From an uncultured Acidobacteriota bacterium (GTDB lineage Bacteria; Acidobacteriota; Thermoanaerobaculia; Multivoradales; UBA5704), in NCBI GenBank assembly GCA_963770895.1, contig CAVYRF010000002.1:4096001-4160000 (forward strand): a stretch of 64,000 bases of DNA, given 5' to 3'. The notes beneath the pieces are model-generated. The model ran no database searches and was not told the origin of the DNA. It saw only the letters and a program-made list of their open reading frames with translations. Shown piece by piece: positions 49,756 to 59,855 of this stretch (position 1 is the stretch's first letter; each line of letters opens with the position of its first letter). A program made the translations under genes and the position numbers.

Positions 49756-51603
49756 CTACAGGGCGTCGACGCGGCGGCTGAGGGCGGTCAGGCGGGCGGC
49801 CAGGCCGGCGAGGGTGGCGGCGGTGGATTCCAGGTGCTCGCGCTCGGCGCGGATGAAGCGGGTGTAGGGGGTGATGGCTTCGTCGATGCGGTGCTGGCTG
49901 CGCTCGGTTTCGCGTTCGAACTGGGTGGTGAGGGTGGCCATGAGCTGGCTGCGCAGGGCTTCGATCTTGGCGGCGAGGTCGCGCTTGGCGGCTTCGCGGC
50001 GGCTGGGGATGATGAACAGGCCCAGGGCGGCGATGACGCCGCCGGCGAGCAGGCCGGTGGCGTCGGCGGCGGCGCCGACCAGGACGTGGGCCAGCAGGGC
50101 TCCCAGGCCGATGGCTCCGACTTCGACCAGGGCGGTGGAGGTGACGGCGGCCTGGACGTCGGCGGCCAGCCGGGTGGCTTCGTGGTCGCGATCGTAGGCG
50201 TCGACGGCGGCCTGGGCGGCGCGGCCGACGCTGGCCAGCAGGCGGTCGCGCTGCAGCTCGAAGGCGCCGCCGACCTGGCCGACGATGCGCTCGGCGTGGC
50301 GGCGGCGGCGGTCGTCGATGCGGGCCATGACGGCCTGCCACTGGCGCAGGTCGGCGGTGACCATCCAGTCGATGATCTCGTGGACGCGCTGGTCGATCAG
50401 GCGCGGCACGTCGGCGACGACCTTGGCGGCGAACTCGGCCTTGATGCGCGACTTGTTGACCAGGTCGAAGACGCGGGCCAGGCGCATGGTGTCGTCGAAG
50501 AAGCGCACGCCGCGCTGCTCGAACTCGCTCAGCACCAGGGCGACGTCGGCGAGGCGGAAGCGGAACTCCCGGCCCAGGTCTTCGCCATAGAGGGCGAGCT
50601 GGCGGTCGATGTCGTCGATCGTGGACAGGTCGTCCGCCAGCAGCGCCAGGCGTGCGGCGGCGTCGTCGCGGTAGCGCTGCGCCAAGCGGGCGGCGACGCC
50701 CAGCGGGTTTTGCAGCTTGAGGCGCAGGCGCTCGGCCTGGTCCAGGGTGCCGGTGATGAAGCGCTCCAGGTCGGCGAAGCGGCTGGTGGCCAGCAGCGCG
50801 GCGTCTGGGGTGCCGGGGGTGCCGGAGGTGCCGGAGGCGGCGGGGTTGGCGGGGTCGGCGGCGGTGGCGGGTGCGGCGGCCGCGGCCTTGGCGCGCTGCG
50901 CCTGGCGGGCCGAGACGGGGAAGATGTCGGGGGCGGCGCCCAAGAGCGCCGCGGCGTGCTGGGCGACGAAGGCGCGGACCTGCTCGACGTCGGCGTCCGA
51001 GGCCAGGATGTCGATCTTGTTGATCACCACGACGATCTTCTTGCCCCAATCGCGGATGCCTTGCAGGAAGGCGCGCTCGCTTTCGGTGAAGGGGCGGTCG
51101 GCGGAGGTGACGAAGAGCACCAGGTCGGAGCGCGGCACGAATTCGCGGGTGATCGCTTCGTGCTCGCGATGGATGGCGTTGGTGCCAGGGGTGTCGACGA
51201 TGTGGATCTCGCGCAGCAGCTCGACCGGCGCGGTGACCACCCGGACGTCGGCTTCGGCGGTCGCGGTCGGGGCCGGCCCTGGCGCCTGGCCGGCGGCGCC
51301 GGCGGTGGGGGTGTTGGCGGCGGCGTAGCGCAGCAGCTGGACCTGGGTGGTGGTCGGCGTCACGCCTTCGGCGAGCACCGGGCTGCCGAGGAGGGCGTTG
51401 ATGAAGGCGCTCTTGCCGGCGTTGAATTCTCCCGCCACGACCAGCAGGAAGAGGTCGTCGAGCTGGGCGCCCGAGCGCCGCAGCACTGCGCGGTCTTCGG
51501 GCGTCGCGCCGCAGTCTTCGAGCGCCGCCGCCAGGTCGGCGAGCAGCTGGCGCTCCTCCTCCAGGAGCACTTCCTGCTGCGGGGCGAGCAGGCGCCTCAG
51601 CAT
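49756..51603 (-). CDS. Bacterial dynamin-like GTPase
   Basis: GEFNAGKS (G1), GVTPTT (G2), DTPG (G3), NKID (G4), helical C-terminus with hydrophobic hairpin; start MLRRLL at 51603. Confidence 0.88.
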   Translation of the reverse strand: MLRRLLAPQQEVLLEEERQLLADLAAALEDCGATPEDRAVLRRSGAQLDDLFLLVVAGEFNAGKSAFINALLGSPVLAEGVTPTTTQVQLLRYAAANTPTAGAAGQAPGPAPTATAEADVRVVTAPVELLREIHIVDTPGTNAIHREHEAITREFVPRSDLVLFVTSADRPFTESERAFLQGIRDWGKKIVVVINKIDILASDADVEQVRAFVAQHAAALLGAAPDIFPVSARQAQRAKAAAAAPATAADPANPAASGTSGTPGTPDAALLATSRFADLERFITGTLDQAERLRLKLQNPLGVAARLAQRYRDDAAARLALLADDLSTIDDIDRQLALYGEDLGREFRFRLADVALVLSEFEQRGVRFFDDTMRLARVFDLVNKSRIKAEFAAKVVADVPRLIDQRVHEIIDWMVTADLRQWQAVMARIDDRRRRHAERIVGQVGGAFELQRDRLLASVGRAAQAAVDAYDRDHEATRLAADVQAAVTSTALVEVGAIGLGALLAHVLVGAAADATGLLAGGVIAALGLFIIPSRREAAKRDLAAKIEALRSQLMATLTTQFERETERSQHRIDEAITPYTRFIRAEREHLESTAATLAGLAARLTALSRRVDAL

Positions 51604-51751
51604 GCGCGGGGGCCTGGCGTGTGCCGTGGCTGGAGGGTGCCGTGCCGGTGCCGCGGGGTGTCCCTGGGAAGGGTCGCCGGGCGTACGCCGGTGGAGACGT
51701 CGCCGGCGCCGGTGGCGGGCCGCGCGCTGGGCTTTGCCATGCGCCGGAGTA

Positions 51752-51767
51752 TGGCATGCCTTTAGCA
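51752..51767 (+). promoter_or_regulatory. Candidate sigma-54 promoter upstream of the lipoprotein gene
   Basis: TGGCATGCCTTTAGCA: GG-N10-GC spacing, close to TGGCACG-N4-TTGCW; ~70 bp upstream of ATG 51838. Confidence 0.4.
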
Positions 51768-51837
51768 CTGGTAGGATTGCGACGCTGACGCCGCGCTTGC
51801 GCCCTCCTCCGGCGGCGTCCCCTTGAAAGGTGAACCG

Positions 51838-53115
51838 ATGAACGCGAAGATGCTGCTGGTCCTGGCCGGTGTAGGCCTGCTTGGCGCCGGCTGTGCCGTA
51901 TATGTGCCGTTGGGGCCCCCGCCGGGCCCGCCACCCCCGTCGCCGTATACGCAGGGCGGCCCGCCGCCCTATCAGCCACCGCCGCCGGGAGCGCCCGGCG
52001 ACCAGGGGTATAACCCCGCCGGCGCCGACCAGCCGCCACCGCCGGGAGCCGACCAGCCGCCGCCGGGAGCCGATCAGCCGCCGCCGGGCGACGACCAGCC
52101 GCCGGCGGGCGCCGCGCCGCCTCCGGGCGACCAGGACCAGGCGGACGTCGGGCAGTTCTACAACCAGCTGTCGCCCTACGGCGAGTGGGAGCAGGTGCCT
52201 TCCTACGGCTGGGTGTGGGTGCCGCGCGGCATGGCTCCGGGCTGGCGACCCTACAGCGTCGGCCACTGGGTCTACAGCGACGCCGGCTGGGCCTGGGTGT
52301 CGGATGAGCCCTTCGGCTGGGCCTGCTATCACTATGGGCGCTGGTTCGACGACCCCGGCTTCGGCTGGGCGTGGGTGCCGGGTCCGGTCTGGGCGCCGGC
52401 CTGGGTCGCCTGGCGCAGCGGCGGCGGCTACATCGGCTGGGCGCCGCTGCCTCCCGCCGTCGGCTGGCGCGCCGGATTTGGGCTGCAGCTGGGCGGCGTC
52501 GATCTGAACGTGGCGATCGGGCCGACGCACTTCTGCTTCGTCGGCGAGCACGACTTTCTGTCGGCGCACGTGCACGACGTGCTGCTGCCGCCTTCGCGCG
52601 GCGTGACCCTGATGCGCAACACGGTCAACATCACCAACTACACGGTGGTCAACAACCGCGTGGTCAATCGCGGCGTCGCGGTCGATCACATCGAAAAGGC
52701 GGTCGGCCATCCGATCCAGGCGGTCCGCCTGGCGTCGTCGTCGTCGCCGGAGCGGGCCGGGGTGCGCGGCGGCACCGTCGCCTTCTACCGGCCGCCGGTG
52801 CCCGCCGGCCGCGCCGCAGCGGTGGCGCGTCCGCCGGCGCGCGTGGCGCCCAACTACAGCGCCGAAGAGCTGGACCGCCGGCACCAGGCGGAACGGCAGG
52901 ACCTCGAGCGCTACCAGCAGTCGCAACGCGAAAACCTGCAGGCGTTGCACCAGCGCGAGATGGCCAGCCAGTCGTCGGAGGCGGGGCGCAGGCAGCTGGC
53001 GCAGCAGCACGCCCAGGAGGTGCAGGCGCAACAGCAGCTGCACCAGCGCCAGGCGCAGGTGATGCAATCCCGCCAGCAGCGGGAGCGCGCGGCAGTGCCC
53101 CACCCGCACCACTGA
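51838..53115 (+). CDS. DUF6600-like Trp/Gly-rich lipoprotein
   Basis: Lipobox LLGAGC; Pro-rich GADQPPP repeats; LSPYGEW...WRPY..GHW...WVSDEPFGW..YHYGRW; Gln-rich tail. Confidence 0.75.
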   Translation: MNAKMLLVLAGVGLLGAGCAVYVPLGPPPGPPPPSPYTQGGPPPYQPPPPGAPGDQGYNPAGADQPPPPGADQPPPGADQPPPGDDQPPAGAAPPPGDQDQADVGQFYNQLSPYGEWEQVPSYGWVWVPRGMAPGWRPYSVGHWVYSDAGWAWVSDEPFGWACYHYGRWFDDPGFGWAWVPGPVWAPAWVAWRSGGGYIGWAPLPPAVGWRAGFGLQLGGVDLNVAIGPTHFCFVGEHDFLSAHVHDVLLPPSRGVTLMRNTVNITNYTVVNNRVVNRGVAVDHIEKAVGHPIQAVRLASSSSPERAGVRGGTVAFYRPPVPAGRAAAVARPPARVAPNYSAEELDRRHQAERQDLERYQQSQRENLQALHQREMASQSSEAGRRQLAQQHAQEVQAQQQLHQRQAQVMQSRQQRERAAVPHPHH

Positions 53116-53248
53116 TCCGTCGTCGCTTGTTTGGCGGTTTCTCCAGCACCGGCCGGCTTGATGAGCCGAACGGTGCCGCGAGCGCCGGCGATGGCGTGCG
53201 TGCCAGCCGCGGCTTCGACGTCGGAGCCGGCGGTGCCTGCCCGGCGGA

Positions 53249-54430
53249 TCAATCAGGCGGATCAGGCGGATCGGCAGCCAGCGGGGCCAGGCAATAGGCT
53301 GGATCGTGGCGGCGGCGCCAGAAGGGAGCGTCGGGCCAGCGGCGCTCGTCGGCGTAGCAGCGGCGCTGCAGGTCCAGGTAGGCGCCGTAGGTCGTCTGCA
53401 TGACTTCCAGGTAGGCCCAGCGGGCCTCGTCGCGGCCGGCGAGCAGGTCGGCGGCGGCATGGCCGCCGTAGAATCCCGATCCCATCGCCGAGCCGATGCC
53501 GTGCGACGACAGCGGATCGTAGGCTGCCGCGGCGTCGCCCAACGCCAGCCAGCCGGGGCCGGCGATGACGTCCAGGCGCGAGCTCTCCGCCGGCGCCACC
53601 TGGAAGCCGGCGGCGACGGCGCGATAGCCGTGGCGCTCGATCCGCTCGCGGGTCGCCGCGGTGGCGGCGAGCCTTTGGTGCCACAGGTCGGCGGCGCTCG
53701 CGGGGCGGAGGAGGGCGGGCGGCAGCAGGTCGCCGTCGCCGAAGAGCGCCGCCGCCATGCGGCCGCCGGGCAGCACCGCCGTGTACCACCAGCCGTCCGG
53801 CGTCGCCTCGACCAGCGTGTACGAATCGGCTGCCGGTGTGGCGCTGGTCAGCAGGGCGCTGATCCCGATCAGCCGGTCGTAGCGCAGGCGGCGGGCTCCC
53901 GCGCGGCGGGCGACGCGCGCGCGGCGGCCGGTGGCGTCGGCGACGAACTGGACGGCAAGCTCCTCCCGGCCGCAATCGTGCGCGACCTCCAGGCGCCAGG
54001 CCGGCGGGCCGGGCGCGCCGCGCGGAAGCCGTGTCACCCGCGTGACCCGGCACCCCCAACGCCAGGTGGCGCCCGCCGCGCTGGCATGCGCCGCCAGGCG
54101 GGCTTCGAATCGCTGGCGATCCAGGTGCCAGCCGTCGCCGCGCGTCCCGGCCAGGAAAGACCGCTCCTGCGGCTCCGCGCCGCCCCACAGGAAGCGGTTG
54201 CCCAGCGATCGCAGGTGGCCGTCGGCGGCCAGGCAGTCCTCCAGCTGGAGGTGGCGCAGCAGCGGCGTCACGCCCGGCGGCAGGCATTCGCCCGGCCTGG
54301 CCGCGGGGGCCTGGCGCGCCTCGAGGACGGTGACCTGCAGGCCGCGCCGGGTCAGCACCAGGGCGGCGACCGCTCCGGCGGGGCCGCCGCCGACCACCGC
54401 CACGTGCGCGCCGCCCTGGGGGGGCGTCAC
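53249..54430 (-). CDS. LodB/GoxB-like flavoprotein (quinone cofactor maturase)
   Basis: VVGGGPAG, GECLPP, GWHLDR, DATGR, GWWY, GDAAAAYDPLSSHGIG; GTG start overlaps the lodA-like stop (GTGA). Confidence 0.82.
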   Translation of the reverse strand: MTPPQGGAHVAVVGGGPAGAVAALVLTRRGLQVTVLEARQAPAARPGECLPPGVTPLLRHLQLEDCLAADGHLRSLGNRFLWGGAEPQERSFLAGTRGDGWHLDRQRFEARLAAHASAAGATWRWGCRVTRVTRLPRGAPGPPAWRLEVAHDCGREELAVQFVADATGRRARVARRAGARRLRYDRLIGISALLTSATPAADSYTLVEATPDGWWYTAVLPGGRMAAALFGDGDLLPPALLRPASAADLWHQRLAATAATRERIERHGYRAVAAGFQVAPAESSRLDVIAGPGWLALGDAAAAYDPLSSHGIGSAMGSGFYGGHAAADLLAGRDEARWAYLEVMQTTYGAYLDLQRRCYADERRWPDAPFWRRRHDPAYCLAPLAADPPDPPD

Positions 54431-56439
54431 CGCTCGTCGCGCCGGACCGGGTGCTGCGGCTCTTCTTCCTGCGGCGTGGTCGCCGGCGCCACGCTCTTGA
54501 GGAGCGCCGAATGCGGCGGCGCGGCTTCGTCGTCGGCGACGACGTGCTCGGCGCGCAGCACCTGCCGCCAGGTCGGGTCGTGGGCGCTGCGGGTGCGGCT
54601 GCGCTCGGTTTCGACCCAGTAGCGGTGCGGCCAATCCGGCGGCTGCTTGGCGGCGGGCGCCGGGTGCTCGGCGATGATGCCCAGCAGGTGCCACTGCTGC
54701 ACCATGTTGTTGATGCGCCCCTGGTAGCTGCTGCCGGCGCCCTTGGTCAGGTCGCGCATCCAGAACTGGCGGTAGGCGAAGTGCTTGCTGCGCTGGAGCT
54801 GCGTCAGGTCGGCGTCGCCCAGGCGGGCGTACGACTGCATGCTGAGCACCTCGTTGGGAACCCGCGCCGCCCAGAACGACGGCAGCGGCAGGTAGGTGTA
54901 GGTGTCGTAGCCGTCCAGGCAGCTGGCTTCGTCGGTCTGCCAGGGGACGCCCATCCAGCGCGTCAGCGTGCCGGGGCCGCTCGCGGCGCAGGGGCCGTTC
55001 GCGGCGAGCGCGATGTCCGGCGTCAGGTAGGGCCCGTAGTCGTCCTCCGGCTCGACGTCGGGAGGCAGGATGTTGAGCCGGAACGGCAGCGGGTCGGGCT
55101 GCTGCCAGAGGGTCGGCACGCGCATCGGCCAGGTCAGCTCGATGCCGGGGTGAAACGGCCCGCCCAGGCAGTTTTCGAGCGGCGTGCGGTCGAGCGCCGC
55201 CGGCTGCTCGGCAAGCGGGATGTCGTCCAGGCTGGGCGGCGGCGGCTGCCGCTCGCCGGGCACGAAATCCCCTTCGGCCCAGCGGCGCAGCCAGTCGTAT
55301 TGGGTGGTGGTGAGCGCCAGGTCGTAGATCGTCGTCGTCTGGTAGTCGACGCCGTCGCCGTAAAACGGCGGCAGCTTGGCGTGGCGCGGCGGCGGCAGGT
55401 GGGCCCGCTGGCCGGGTGCATCCCAGGGGGGCGGCGGCTTGCGGAACCAGCGGAAGAGCGACTCGCGCACGGGGCGGTGCACGGCGTCGGGGTTGGATAG
55501 CCGCGCGCTCACCCGCGGGTCGGTCAGGTCGCTAGGGGAGCCGGCGCCGAACAGCATGAACATGCCTTCGCTCACCCACTGGTTGCCCACCATGCGCTCG
55601 AACAGCGGATAGATGTCGCGCCAGAACGTGAGCTCCGGCGGTGCCGCGATCCAGCCCTGGCGCAGGTACAGGTCGTAGACCACGTCGTACATGGTGACGA
55701 CGCCGTACAGGCCCTGGCCGAAGTTGGGCGGCGTCACCACCGCCATCGCCGGCGCAGCCTCGAGCGTGCGGCCGTCGGCGAGCTGCACGCGGGCGCGCAC
55801 CGGGCCGTCCGCCACGTCGTCGTACCAGCCGTCGTTGTTGGCGAAGGTGGTCGCCGGCGCGCCGGTGTCCGACGCCGACTTGCCGTGCCCGCCCAGGACG
55901 ATCAGGCGGCCCGCCGGGTCGGTGCGCAGCTCGCCCAGCGGCACCTGGTGCGGGCCGTTGCCGGCGCTGAAGTTGATGTAGGCCTGGTCGAAGCGGTAGC
56001 GGGCGCCGTGCTGGTCGCGTCCGGAGATCTGTTTGGGCCCCGGATCGATCACCAGCTGGTCGCGCAGCGCGCCGGTGACCGAGGCGTTGCGAAAGGTGCT
56101 CGACATCGCGTACTGCTTGAGATCGAGCGCGTTGTTGAACTGGTACCAGGCCGCCTTGCGGTTGGCGAGGTGGACCTGCCAGTGGATGGTGGCGTTGTCG
56201 GCCGACAGTTCCTGCACCACCTGGCCCGCCGCGTCGTAGCCGTAGACGCGAAAGCGCACGCCTTCGCGCTTGACCGCGCCCGCTTCGGTCTTGAAGCCGG
56301 ACGGTCCCGGATCGGCCGTCTGCCCCGGCACCTCCGGCGCCAGGAAGTAGTCTTCCGGCGCGTTGCCCACCCTGGCGATACCGATCGAGGGGTGGATGGC
56401 ACAGCTCACGACGCGATCGCTACCGTCGGCCTTCGGCAT
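54427..56439 (-). CDS. LodA/GoxA-family CTQ-dependent amino-acid oxidase
   Basis: AIHPSIGIARVGN, VHLANRKAAWY, LGELRTD..GRLIVLGGHG, NNDGWYDDVADGPV, GGPFHPGIE, LTRWMGVPWQTDEASC, MVQQWHLLG. Confidence 0.9.
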   Translation of the reverse strand: MPKADGSDRVVSCAIHPSIGIARVGNAPEDYFLAPEVPGQTADPGPSGFKTEAGAVKREGVRFRVYGYDAAGQVVQELSADNATIHWQVHLANRKAAWYQFNNALDLKQYAMSSTFRNASVTGALRDQLVIDPGPKQISGRDQHGARYRFDQAYINFSAGNGPHQVPLGELRTDPAGRLIVLGGHGKSASDTGAPATTFANNDGWYDDVADGPVRARVQLADGRTLEAAPAMAVVTPPNFGQGLYGVVTMYDVVYDLYLRQGWIAAPPELTFWRDIYPLFERMVGNQWVSEGMFMLFGAGSPSDLTDPRVSARLSNPDAVHRPVRESLFRWFRKPPPPWDAPGQRAHLPPPRHAKLPPFYGDGVDYQTTTIYDLALTTTQYDWLRRWAEGDFVPGERQPPPPSLDDIPLAEQPAALDRTPLENCLGGPFHPGIELTWPMRVPTLWQQPDPLPFRLNILPPDVEPEDDYGPYLTPDIALAANGPCAASGPGTLTRWMGVPWQTDEASCLDGYDTYTYLPLPSFWAARVPNEVLSMQSYARLGDADLTQLQRSKHFAYRQFWMRDLTKGAGSSYQGRINNMVQQWHLLGIIAEHPAPAAKQPPDWPHRYWVETERSRTRSAHDPTWRQVLRAEHVVADDEAAPPHSALLKSVAPATTPQEEEPQHPVRRDER

Positions 56440-56623
56440 GCAGTCACCCTCCTGGAAGAGCCCGAGACATCAGTTGCGACAATTCTACCGTAAAGTGGGC
56501 GTCGCCGGCGACCACCCGGCGCCGGCGGTGCCGGCTCGCGCCGTGCGGCCGGGGCGGCGTGCGCGAAGGTGCGCAAGGTGCGCCTGGGCGGCGGCGTGTG
56601 TGCCGTCCGGCCGGGGCGGCCGG

Positions 56624-58636
56624 TCAGTCGGCCAGGGTCGACAGATCGCCGGGGTCTTCGCCCAGGGCGCGCGCCTTGAGCAGGCGGCGGACGATCTTGC
56701 CGGAACGGGTCTTGGGCAGCGCCGCGATGAAGTCGATCTCGCTCGGCTGGGCGATGGGGCCCAGGTCGCCGCGCACGTGCTCGCGCAGGGCGGCCGCCAG
56801 GTCGGGGCCGGGGCCGGGGGCGGCGCCGGCTTTCACCACCACGAACGCCTTGATGCGCTCGCCCTTGATCGGGTCGGGCAGGCCGACGACGGCGCTTTCG
56901 GCGACGGCGGGGTGGCGCAGCAGGCAGCTCTCGACGTCGGCGGTGCCGATGCGGTGGCCGGCGACGTTCATCACGTCGTCGGCGCGGCCGAGGACGGCGA
57001 AGTAGCCGTCGGCGTCGGCGACCGCCACGTCGCCGGCGGTGTAGCGGCCGGGGATCTGGCTCCAGTAGAAAGCGTAGCGGTCGGGGTCGTTCCACACCGT
57101 GCGCAGCATGTAGGGGAGCGGCTGATCGATGGTCAGCAGGCCGCCCTGGCCGGCGGCGACGGGCTGGCCCTGGCGGTCGACGACGGACGCCTGGACGCCG
57201 GGCAGGGGCTTGCCGACGCGGCCGGGCCGCGCCTCGAAGCTAGGCAGCGTGCCCAGCACCGGGCCGGCGATCTCGGTCTGCCACCAGTTGTCCATCACGA
57301 AGCCGTCGGCCTGGCCGACCAGGTGGCGCTGCGCCCAGCGGTGCGCCTCGGGGTTGAGCGGTTCGCCGGCGCAGGCGAGCAGGCGCAGGCGCGACAGGTC
57401 GTGACGGTCGGGCGCCGCGCCGCCGTGGCTCATCCACATGCGCACCGCCGTCGGGGCGGTGAACAGGATGTCGACGCCGTAGCGCTCGCAGATCTCCCAG
57501 GCGACCTCGGGCGAGGGGTGGTCGGGGGCACCCTCGCGACACAGCACGGTGGCGCCCAGCGAGAGCGGCCCATAGACGATGAAGGAGTGGCCGACCACCC
57601 AGCCGATGTCGGAAGTGCTCCAGTAGATGTCGTTGTCGCCGATCTGGTAGAAGGCGCGCGCCAGGTAGGTGGCGCCCACCAGGTAGCCGCCGGTCGCGTG
57701 CACCACCCCCTTGGGTCTGCCGGTGGTGCCGGACGTGTACAGGATGAACAGCGGCTGCTCGGCATCGACGAAGGTGGGCTCGCAGTGGATCTCGTGCGGC
57801 CGCTGGATGGCGTAAAAGTCGCGCTCGCGGGCGGCGCCGGAGACGGCTTCGGCGCTGGTGTCGGCGTCGGCGTCGGCGTGGGGAAAGCCTGCGTTGGCGT
57901 TGGCGGCGGGGGCGAAGGCGGGAGCGGCCTGCCGGTGGTGGACGACCACGTGCTCGACCAGGGGCAGGTCGCGCACGGCTTCGTCGACCGCCGGTTTGAG
58001 CGGCACCGCCTTGCCGCGCCGCCAGGTGAAGTCGGAGCAGATCACCACCCGCGCCCCGGCGTCCTCGATGCGCGCCCGCAGCGCCTGGGCGCCCATGCCG
58101 GCGTAGACCACCGAGTGGATGGCGCCGAGGCGGGCGCAGGCCAGCATGCTGGCGACCCCTTCGGGCGTCAGCGGCATGTAGATCACCACCCGGTCGCCGC
58201 TGCCGACCCCCAGGCGCTTGAGGGCGTTGGCCAGCCGGTTGACGCTGCGATAGAGCGCGTCGTAGGTGTAGACGCGCTCCTCGCCGTTTTCGCCCAGCCA
58301 GATCAGCGCCGCCTTGGTGCGCCGCGGGCCGCGCACGTGGCGGTCGAGCAGGCTCACGGTGGCGTTGAGCTTGCCGCCGAGAAACCACTGGTGGTGCGGC
58401 GGCGTGAACCGGAACGTTTCGGTGAACGGTTCCCGCCACTCGATCAGCGCCGCCTTGTCCGCCCAGAAGGCGGCTGGGTCGGCCGCGGCGCGCGCCCGCT
58501 CCGCCACGTCGTCGATCGCCGCCTGCCGGCGCAGCCACTCCGGCGCCGGGATGGGCGCTTCGCCCTGTTGCAGCGCCTCGATCGACGCGCGCTGCTGGCG
58601 GCTGATCTCAAGCTCTTCGTCGCCTGCCTGGCCCAT
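56624..58636 (-). CDS. acs: Acetate--CoA ligase (acetyl-CoA synthetase)
   Basis: WF.GGKLN, MLACARLGAIHSVVY, YTSGTTGRPKG, DIGWVVGHS, DNWWQTE, GRADDV.NVAGHRIGT, PKTRSGKIVRR. Confidence 0.88.
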   Translation of the reverse strand: MGQAGDEELEISRQQRASIEALQQGEAPIPAPEWLRRQAAIDDVAERARAAADPAAFWADKAALIEWREPFTETFRFTPPHHQWFLGGKLNATVSLLDRHVRGPRRTKAALIWLGENGEERVYTYDALYRSVNRLANALKRLGVGSGDRVVIYMPLTPEGVASMLACARLGAIHSVVYAGMGAQALRARIEDAGARVVICSDFTWRRGKAVPLKPAVDEAVRDLPLVEHVVVHHRQAAPAFAPAANANAGFPHADADADTSAEAVSGAARERDFYAIQRPHEIHCEPTFVDAEQPLFILYTSGTTGRPKGVVHATGGYLVGATYLARAFYQIGDNDIYWSTSDIGWVVGHSFIVYGPLSLGATVLCREGAPDHPSPEVAWEICERYGVDILFTAPTAVRMWMSHGGAAPDRHDLSRLRLLACAGEPLNPEAHRWAQRHLVGQADGFVMDNWWQTEIAGPVLGTLPSFEARPGRVGKPLPGVQASVVDRQGQPVAAGQGGLLTIDQPLPYMLRTVWNDPDRYAFYWSQIPGRYTAGDVAVADADGYFAVLGRADDVMNVAGHRIGTADVESCLLRHPAVAESAVVGLPDPIKGERIKAFVVVKAGAAPGPGPDLAAALREHVRGDLGPIAQPSEIDFIAALPKTRSGKIVRRLLKARALGEDPGDLSTLAD

Positions 58637-58657
58637 GGGTTCCCCTCCGGCGCCGGT

Positions 58658-59650
58658 TCAGGGCTGGCGGCCCGCGGCGAGCGGCGGGGTGGTGCCCTGC
58701 CTGGCGGCCGGCGGGTCGACTTCCGGATGCCTGGCGGCGCTGATGTTTTCCAAGCCTTTGAGCAGGTTGGTGGGGATCAGCAAGGTGTTGTTCTGCGCCG
58801 AGCGCGTCAGCTCCACCAGTACCTCCAGCTCCTTCAACCGCCAGGCGTCGGGGGTCAGCGCCGCCGCGGCCTCCACCAGCTTGCCGGCGATGTGCAGCTG
58901 CATGGCGGCGCGCACCAGTTCCGCGTCGGCTTCCTTGCCGGCGCGGGCCTTCATGGCGATCGCCTGCTGGATCTGCTCGTCGGTGATCTGCAGATCCTTG
59001 AGCTCGACCGCCTTCACCTTGACGCCCCAATCCGCCACCTTGCTCTGCAGCGACTCGCGCACCTCGACGTAGAACTGGTCGCGGTTGTGCAGGATGGCGT
59101 CCAGCTCGTGGTTGCCGACGATCTCGGTCACCGAAGCGAGCGCGCGCTGGCGGGTCGCTTCGTAGCCGTTGGCGACCTGCACGACGAATTCCCGCACGTG
59201 GTTCTCATCCACCCGCGTGGTCATGATCAGGTTGAACGAGATCGGCACGTTGTCATGCGTCTGCACGCCGGCGACCTGCAGCTGGGTGACCGTGTCGCGC
59301 ACCGCCACGTCGTCCAGCCGCCGGTGCAACACCGGATCCACCCACGCCAGCCCCGGCCCCACCGTGTTGACGTAGCGCCCCAGCAACATGATCGGCCGCC
59401 GCTGCCATTCGCTGACGACGTTGAGCCCGCTGAGCACATACAGCAGCCCCAGGCCCAGCAGATAGCCGGTCCAGCCGATGACCGGCAGCGGCGAATTGCC
59501 CGTCGCGCCCAGCGCCCGTGACACCAGGGTCAGCCCCGTCCAGGCAATCCCCCCCAGCCAGAACAGCGCCGGCCCGCCGCCCCGCATCTGCACCCCCGCC
59601 GCCCCCCTGACCGGCACGCCCGAGCGCCCAACGTTCTGTCCTGGGTCCAT
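58658..59650 (-). CDS. SPFH/band-7 (stomatin-like) membrane protein
   Basis: N-terminal TMs, LGRY....GPGL, QTHDNV, ELDAIL..R, WGVKVKAVELKD; exact start uncertain. Confidence 0.85.
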   Translation of the reverse strand: MDPGQNVGRSGVPVRGAAGVQMRGGGPALFWLGGIAWTGLTLVSRALGATGNSPLPVIGWTGYLLGLGLLYVLSGLNVVSEWQRRPIMLLGRYVNTVGPGLAWVDPVLHRRLDDVAVRDTVTQLQVAGVQTHDNVPISFNLIMTTRVDENHVREFVVQVANGYEATRQRALASVTEIVGNHELDAILHNRDQFYVEVRESLQSKVADWGVKVKAVELKDLQITDEQIQQAIAMKARAGKEADAELVRAAMQLHIAGKLVEAAAALTPDAWRLKELEVLVELTRSAQNNTLLIPTNLLKGLENISAARHPEVDPPAARQGTTPPLAAGRQP

Positions 59651-59855
59651 ATCGTCCCCCGCACCGCGCCGCCAAGGGCGCCGGAAAAGTTCTGTTCAAG
59701 AAGTCCTTGCTGACTCTTGCCGAGAACCCGCACGCTGTCAAATCGGCGGCGGGGAGGGAGGCCATTGGGGGCTCGGCATCATTGATCATATGATAAGTAT
59801 AGGTACTCTTGTGGCGCGTTTTGCGCCTTATCGCTGATCGACATGGAGAACCAAA

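Noticed and set aside
52020-52140. Short tandem repeats as a possible CRISPR array
   Set aside because: In-frame 21-24-bp GADQPPP coding repeats, no unique spacers and no cas genes.
51604-53460. 1234-aa extended dynamin ORF and other long N-terminal extensions in the ORF track (35653, 9857, 47600, 61620)
   Set aside because: Extensions overlap other genes or lack homology-like sequence; downstream starts were chosen.
53249-54430. Second halogenase
   Set aside because: Lacks WxWxIP and is coupled to a lodA-like gene, so it is better read as LodB/GoxB-like.
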